Origin: Pseudomonadota bacterium
GTDB taxonomy: Bacteria > Desulfobacterota > Anaeroferrophillalia > Anaeroferrophillales > Tharpellaceae
Assembly (NCBI GenBank): GCA_011049115.1
Contig: DSCM01000133.1
Location: forward strand, 6,849 to 70,848
DNA: 64,000 nt
Direction: 5' to 3'
Positions 59,002 to 64,000 of the stretch are shown one piece after another. The translations under genes and the position numbers were made by a program. The first letter of the stretch is position 1, and every line of letters starts with the position of its first letter. The notes under the pieces are model-generated. The model saw only the letters and a program-made list of their open reading frames with translations, made no database searches and was not told the DNA's origin.

Positions 59002-59806
59002 ATGCTTCTTTCTCTGAATTCATAGAAGGATCAAACAGCTCATCCGCGGAACTGTACGCAGCCCCCATCACTCTCAGGATAAAGGCCCGTACAAAGGGGT
59101 CACGACTGCGCTGCAAGTCTTCCGGTGACAGACAGGCCAGGACTTTCCCCTCATGGAGAATGGCGATTCTGTCCGCCAGATTAAAAATTTTGGGAATATC
59201 GTGACTGACAATGACACAGGTGTAACCCAGTTGCTTTTGGGTTTCAAAAAACAAACGATAAACATCGTGACTTTTGACCGGATCCAGACCGGTGGTCGGC
59301 TCGTCAAAAAGCAGGATATCGGGTTCCAGTTGCAGGGCCCGGGCCAGTCCGACCCGTTTTTTCATCCCACCGCTCAACTGCGATGGGTACTTGTCGGCAC
59401 TGCCTTCCAGATCCATCTGGGCCAGGGCGGTGGCCACCCTCTCCTGAACGATTTTCTCCGGCAGCCGACTGCGTTCCCGCAGAGGCAGCGCGACATTATC
59501 AAAAACCGTCATCGAATCAAACAGGGCCACCCCTTGAAAAAGCACTCCGAAACGGGTGCGCATTCGACTCAGGGCCGCGCCGCGCAAAGCACAGATATCG
59601 GTGCCGTCGATCAGCACCTGCCCCCGGTCGGGATGGATCAGGCCGAGAATATGTTTAAGCAGAACACTCTTGCCCTGACCGCTCTCACCACAGATCACGG
59701 TGGTCGCGCCGCGCTCAATCTCGAGATTCACTCCACGCAGAACCGGCTGCGTCCCGAAACTTTTATGAATATCAATCAGCCTGATACAGGCATTGCCGCT
59801 TGCCAT
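58988..59806 (-). CDS. mlaF: ABC transporter ATPase MlaF
   Basis: GESGQGKS, LFQG.ALFDSM, LSGGMKKRVGLARA, FDEPTTGLDP. Confidence 0.9.
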   Translation of the reverse strand: MASGNACIRLIDIHKSFGTQPVLRGVNLEIERGATTVICGESGQGKSVLLKHILGLIHPDRGQVLIDGTDICALRGAALSRMRTRFGVLFQGVALFDSMTVFDNVALPLRERSRLPEKIVQERVATALAQMDLEGSADKYPSQLSGGMKKRVGLARALQLEPDILLFDEPTTGLDPVKSHDVYRLFFETQKQLGYTCVIVSHDIPKIFNLADRIAILHEGKVLACLSPEDLQRSRDPFVRAFILRVMGAAYSSADELFDPSMNSEKEAYEKI

Positions 59807-59811
59807 GAGCT

Positions 59812-60597
59812 CTACATCATCAAAGAGGTGATCACATAATCGGCCACCAGAACAGCCACGGAAGAAACCACTACCGCCGAAGTTGTGGCCCGACTCACCC
59901 CCTCGGCGCCAAAGCCCCAAGCCCGGCGGGTAACCCAGAATCCATGCTCGGCACAGATCCAGACCAGAAGAAAAGCGAAACATAGCGATTTGACAAAACA
60001 CATTTTCAGATCAAGTGCGGTCACGCTGCCCTGCATGCTGGCCATGTAAGCCCCGCCATTGCCGTGCAGCAGGACCACCCCAACCATATAACCACCGAAA
60101 ACCCCAACCACATTGAAAATCGCGGTCAAAAGCGGCACCGAAAGCAGACCGGCGAACAACTTGGGGGCCACCAGAAAACGGTACGGATTGATAGCCATAC
60201 AATCCAGCGCGTCAATCTGCTCCGAAATCCGCATAATTCCCAGCTCAGCACACATCGCCGAACCGGTTCGGCCGATCACCATCAAAGCTGTCAGCACCGG
60301 ACCCAGCTCCCGAATCAAACTTAGAGCCACCGCCGCCCCCAAGGCGCTGGCCGAACCGTATTTACTCAAGGTATAATGCCCCTGCAGGCCGAGAACCATG
60401 CCGACAAAAGCTCCGGTAAAAAAGATCACCAGAAACGAGCCTGAACCGATCACCTTGATCTGGTACAACAGCGGCCTGATTTTATACGGCGGCTGAAAGC
60501 CGCCGGCCAGGGTCATGAGCAGAAAAAGGGCTGAGCGCCCCATACTTTCCAGACTCCCCAACCCCCAACGGCCAAATCTCTGCAAACTGTCAAACAA
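59812..60597 (-). CDS. mlaE: ABC transporter permease MlaE
   Basis: LIRELGPVLTAL...GR.GS...AELG.MR.SEQIDAL, GAEGV.RATT.AVV. Confidence 0.92.
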   Translation of the reverse strand: MFDSLQRFGRWGLGSLESMGRSALFLLMTLAGGFQPPYKIRPLLYQIKVIGSGSFLVIFFTGAFVGMVLGLQGHYTLSKYGSASALGAAVALSLIRELGPVLTALMVIGRTGSAMCAELGIMRISEQIDALDCMAINPYRFLVAPKLFAGLLSVPLLTAIFNVVGVFGGYMVGVVLLHGNGGAYMASMQGSVTALDLKMCFVKSLCFAFLLVWICAEHGFWVTRRAWGFGAEGVSRATTSAVVVSSVAVLVADYVITSLMM

Positions 60598-60861
60598 AAA
60601 TCAGCTCCCTTACGCCCTTCACCGGAATCGATAACCTTTCACGCCAAACAAATCCGCCTTATTTTCAAGTCCTGGCCCGCGGTAAACCACAAGACAACAA
60701 ATAGCTCTAAGATGACCGCCTGGCGCGAAAAAGGACTGATTTTAGTGCCCTCACACCGCCATCTCGACAACTCCGGCAGGCCGAAAATAAAACAACCCCT
60801 GCTGTTTTTTGAAGATCCGCCCCCTAGGGATATACTAATTTCTCTATATAGTCAATCAATT

Positions 60862-61821
60862 TTAAGCCCGATCTTCGTCCGCAAAGACGTCAGGATGCAG
60901 CCGCTGAAGCAGACTGCGGGAACGGCTCAACAATTCTGTCAGAGGGGCATCGGGCGTCAACGATAAAGTTGCCGCGGATTTCGGCTCAGGCAGTTCCAGG
61001 AGTTGCCGGCCATTGCGCGTCGCTATTTGAAAAATTTCCGCAGCCGGAATTCCGGCTGCGGAAAAAAGCTCCATCTCCCGTAAAAAGGCACTGCCGTGAG
61101 GCACGTTATAAGAACCGGAATCGGTGCCGATAGTCAAGCTGACCCCTTCTGCAAAGGCCAGTCCGATCATCTCCAGATGTCTTTTGTAGTTACGCTCGAT
61201 GATCCCAAGCTGAGTTTGCGAAAAACGTCGGTCCGGGTCTTTCAGCTGATTGGCCATGGCCGCCACCGTCGGAGCCCAGAAGACACCTTTTTCGGCCATG
61301 ATTTTCAAGGTCTCCGGAGCAATGAAATAGGCGTGTTCCAGACTATGCACACCGGCCGCCACCGCTTCACGACAGGCGTTGGCGGAATTGACATGAACCA
61401 TGACTTTTTTACCGACCGCCGCCGCCAGCCGGACGATTTCGCAAAGTTCGTCGAAACTCCACTGCTGCGGCCCGACTCGGCCATATTCATCAAAGGAAAC
61501 CATTCCGGTCAGGATCACCTTTACAAAAGCGGATGGCGTCCGGGCGATCTTTTCCGCCAAGGTGAAATCACGATTTTCTCCGAGAAAGGCACCGTACATA
61601 CCTTTTTTGAACAACGCCGGTCCGGTCCTGATTACCCGCAGAGCCTCGGGCAGGGATGCGCTTTCAAGCAGACCGTCCCTGTCCCCGGCATCGCGGACCA
61701 CGGCGATGCCGGCCGCCAGCTGGCGCCGGGCGTTATCCTCGGGGCTACCGCCCAGGCTCAAATGAACATGAGTATCCACCGGCAGCGGCAAGACCATTTT
61801 TTCATTTTGTTTTTTATTCAT
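60862..61821 (-). CDS. metal-dependent amidohydrolase
   Basis: DTHVHL (HxH), VRDAG, VKV..TG, VH, EHAY, GTDSG. Confidence 0.8.
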   Translation of the reverse strand: MNKKQNEKMVLPLPVDTHVHLSLGGSPEDNARRQLAAGIAVVRDAGDRDGLLESASLPEALRVIRTGPALFKKGMYGAFLGENRDFTLAEKIARTPSAFVKVILTGMVSFDEYGRVGPQQWSFDELCEIVRLAAAVGKKVMVHVNSANACREAVAAGVHSLEHAYFIAPETLKIMAEKGVFWAPTVAAMANQLKDPDRRFSQTQLGIIERNYKRHLEMIGLAFAEGVSLTIGTDSGSYNVPHGSAFLREMELFSAAGIPAAEIFQIATRNGRQLLELPEPKSAATLSLTPDAPLTELLSRSRSLLQRLHPDVFADEDRA

Positions 61822-61979
61822 AAGATACCACTCCGAGCCGGGTCGGGTCGGACCCGGCGGGCCGTTAAGTATGATTTTACACTTGAGCCGCGCCGGCAAC
61901 TGTGCTAACAGAGAACATTATATTCCGGACGCGGACCCGCGACAACTCTGTAACCATAAAAATCAGAAGGAACAAGACC

Positions 61980-62786
61980 ATGAGCTACGAATTTATGAAT
62001 CTGAAAACCAACAACGGTGTCGGCATTATCAGTCTGAACCGGCCGCCGGCAAACTCCCTGAATGTCGCTATCGTGGCGGAACTGGAGCGGGCCTTTGATG
62101 AAATGGCCGCGGCCGAAGCCGTCAAGGTTGTGGTTATCGTCAGTGAAATCCCCGGCTTCTTCGTCGCCGGCGCGGACATTAAAATGTTTAACAACATGAA
62201 CGCTTACGAAGCCTGGGAGATCTCCGGCGACCTCCAGAGAGTCAACCAGAAGCTGGAAGACATGCCGAAGCTGACCATTGCCGCGATCGGCGGTTACGCC
62301 CTCGGCGGCGGACTGGAGCTTGCTCTGGCCTGCGATTTCCGTTTCATGGCTGAAAGCGTTATCATCAAGGACAAGGAAAAGATTCCGACCGTCGGCCTGC
62401 CGGAAACCACCCTCGGCATTCTTCCCGGAGCCGGCGGCACCCAGCGCCTGGCCCGTCTCATCGGCGCCAAACGGGCTCTGTATTATATCGCCACCGCCAA
62501 GAATATCGGTCCCAAGGAAGCCCTCGAGTTGGGGATCGTCCAGGAACTAATGCCCGGAAACGAACTCAATGAAAAAACCATCGCCTTCGCCGAAAGCATG
62601 GCGACCAAGGCGGTCATCGGCATCGCCCAGGCCAAAAAGGCTATTTATCAGGGCTACAACCAGGAAAACGCCGTGGCCATGCAGATTGAGCAGGATGCCT
62701 TCATGAAGGCTTTCGCCAGCGAAGACGCGAGCGAAGGCCTGAAAGCTTTTGTCGAAAAGAGAGCGGCCGTTTTTCAGGGTAAATAA
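61980..62786 (+). CDS. enoyl-CoA hydratase (crotonase)
   Basis: LNRPPAN, FVAGADI, ALGGGLELALACDFR, GLPE..LG..PGAGGTQRL, EG..AFVEKR. Confidence 0.92.
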   Translation: MSYEFMNLKTNNGVGIISLNRPPANSLNVAIVAELERAFDEMAAAEAVKVVVIVSEIPGFFVAGADIKMFNNMNAYEAWEISGDLQRVNQKLEDMPKLTIAAIGGYALGGGLELALACDFRFMAESVIIKDKEKIPTVGLPETTLGILPGAGGTQRLARLIGAKRALYYIATAKNIGPKEALELGIVQELMPGNELNEKTIAFAESMATKAVIGIAQAKKAIYQGYNQENAVAMQIEQDAFMKAFASEDASEGLKAFVEKRAAVFQGK

Positions 62787-62809
62787 ATCTTCCCCTGCAA
62801 ACTCGCACC

Positions 62810-62878
62810 GTAAATAAAAAATCCCGGACTCGAGCGCTGAAACCGGCCCCACGAGGACCCGGGACTTTTTTTATTTAC
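62810..62878. terminator. probable bidirectional terminator between crotonase and larB
   Basis: GTAAATAAAAAA-TCCCGG...CCGGGA-C-TTTTTTTATTTAC imperfect inverted repeat. Confidence 0.55.
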
Positions 62879-63620
62879 GGTTGATCAGGCCGGCCAGGTA
62901 GGCGGCGCCGAAACCGTTATCGATGTTGACCACCCCCACCCCGCCGGCACAGGAATTCAGCATGCCCAACAGGGCTGCCACTCCGCCAAAGGCCGCGCCG
63001 TAACCGACACTAGTCGGCACCGCGATCACCGGTCTTTCGACCAGTCCCGCCACCACACTGGGCAGCGCGCCCTCCATTCCGGCGATAACGATCAGAACCT
63101 CGGCCGCCATGAGTTTTTCCCGATAAGCCAACAACCGGTGAATCCCGGCAACCCCGACATCCACCAGCAGCTCACTTTTCTGGCCCAGCAGGCGCAGGGT
63201 GATTTCGGCCTCATAAGCCACCCGCAGATCCGAGGTTCCGGCGGTGACGATCATGACCGTTCCCCGCCCCCGATCGCAATCATGCCGCGCCAGCTTGAAC
63301 AGATAGCGGCCCCCGGCATGATACTCAAACTGGGGAAAACGCCGCCGCAAAACCGCGGCCTTTTCCAGATCCAGACGAGTCACCAGAATATTCTGCTCAT
63401 GTTCCAGAAGACCATCCAGAATGATCTCCAGATCGACGACCTCCTTGCCCAGGGCAAAGACCACCTCCCCCATCAGGGCGCGCAGACCGCGATGGGTATC
63501 GAGATGGGCGATGCCAAGATCACGAAAGGGCAGATGGCCGAGCATTTCAACCACCTCATCCACCTGAACACAGCCCTTTTGCAGCGAGATCAGAATTTCC
63601 TTTAACTGTGCCCGATCCAT
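62871..63620 (-). CDS. larB: nickel-pincer cofactor biosynthesis protein LarB (PurE-like)
   Basis: LD.HR..R, TAGTSD..V, DVGVAGIHRL, AGMEGALPSVV, VPTSVGYG, NSCA.GV.VVNIDNGFGAA. Confidence 0.92.
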   Translation of the reverse strand: MDRAQLKEILISLQKGCVQVDEVVEMLGHLPFRDLGIAHLDTHRGLRALMGEVVFALGKEVVDLEIILDGLLEHEQNILVTRLDLEKAAVLRRRFPQFEYHAGGRYLFKLARHDCDRGRGTVMIVTAGTSDLRVAYEAEITLRLLGQKSELLVDVGVAGIHRLLAYREKLMAAEVLIVIAGMEGALPSVVAGLVERPVIAVPTSVGYGAAFGGVAALLGMLNSCAGGVGVVNIDNGFGAAYLAGLINRK

Positions 63621-63670
63621 TTCACACCCAACTCAAATTACTACCGTAACCCTTTGTTTAAGACAAGTAA

Positions 63671-64000
63671 TCAAGGCAAAGGCCAGCCCCGCTCAACGAC
63701 CAGACAAGCCCGGGCCGCTTGGTTCCAGGCCTGCAGTCCGGCGTTGCGGGCCGCCTCGCGAATCATGGTCTTGCTCCAAGCACAGAGTCGCAACGGACTG
63801 ATGATCTCAAGTTCGTTCAGAGCTTGCATTCCGGGGCGACGTTTTGGCACATCGTCGGCATGAGTGCCGTCACAAAGGCTGATTCCCGGCCCGGCCAATC
63901 CTCGCAAGCGACTGAAAAGATGATGCTTACAACGATAACAGCGCCGCTCCGGGTTTCCGGCCCAGACCCGGGACATTTCAGCGACCGAGAAATCAATGAT
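63671..64000 (-). CDS. larE: LarE-like ATP-dependent sulfur transferase, 3' part (5' end outside the window)
   Basis: Frame open from 64000; NP..RCYRCK, DGT.ADD...RPGM.A..E..I.SPL, K..IR, ACL; adjacent to larB. Confidence 0.8.
   Translation of the reverse strand: MIDFSVAEMSRVWAGNPERRCYRCKHHLFSRLRGLAGPGISLCDGTHADDVPKRRPGMQALNELEIISPLRLCAWSKTMIREAARNAGLQAWNQAARACLVVERGWPLP

Noticed and set aside
62871..63620. Functional link between CO2-using LarB and the CA-like gene
   Set aside because: They are 40 kb apart with unrelated genes between; no evidence of coupling.
1..64000. CRISPR arrays, IS elements, rRNA, selenocysteine read-through
   Set aside because: No regularly spaced repeats, transposase motifs or rRNA-like tracts were seen. 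Broken genes are explained by frameshifts, not in-frame TGA.

Overview
Ordinary-looking chromosomal window (no integrase-flanked island, transposase or CRISPR array seen) from a moderately GC-rich bacterium whose gene content and order resemble Desulfobacterota/deltaproteobacteria (inference). Left to right: DHH-CBS tRNA nucleotidyltransferase (partial), xerD, a divergent hfq, a MoxR AAA+/VWA pair, trmJ, rlmB, frameshifted manB, fcl, tRNA-Phe, then an 11.5 kb minus-strand operon (11333-22785) for an energy-converting-hydrogenase-related (Ehr, Hyf-like) membrane complex whose large subunit lacks the NiFe-binding cysteines. After that come ssb, a 3-hydroxyacyl-CoA dehydrogenase, a very divergent PfkB-fold protein, rpmB, relA/spoT, a SPOR protein, EF-G2, a STAS-cheA-cheW-cheB-cheR cluster, ccdA/aroB/purC/purB, usp, acnB, DUF748, an extended mla operon, an amidohydrolase, a crotonase and larB/larE. 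Best candidate for a new system: the first gene of the Ehr operon looks like an LCIB-family beta-carbonic anhydrase (C54-x-D56, H106, C133), followed by an HTH-PTS EIIA regulator. This suggests a complex-I-like, energy-coupled CO2/bicarbonate module analogous to DAB or NDH-1/CupA. Other notable items are a malate dehydrogenase homolog with the catalytic His replaced by Gln inside the mla operon, an Hfq with an altered distal face opposite a structured candidate RNA, and a C-terminally truncated LarE. All family assignments come from motif recognition by eye; no searches were run.
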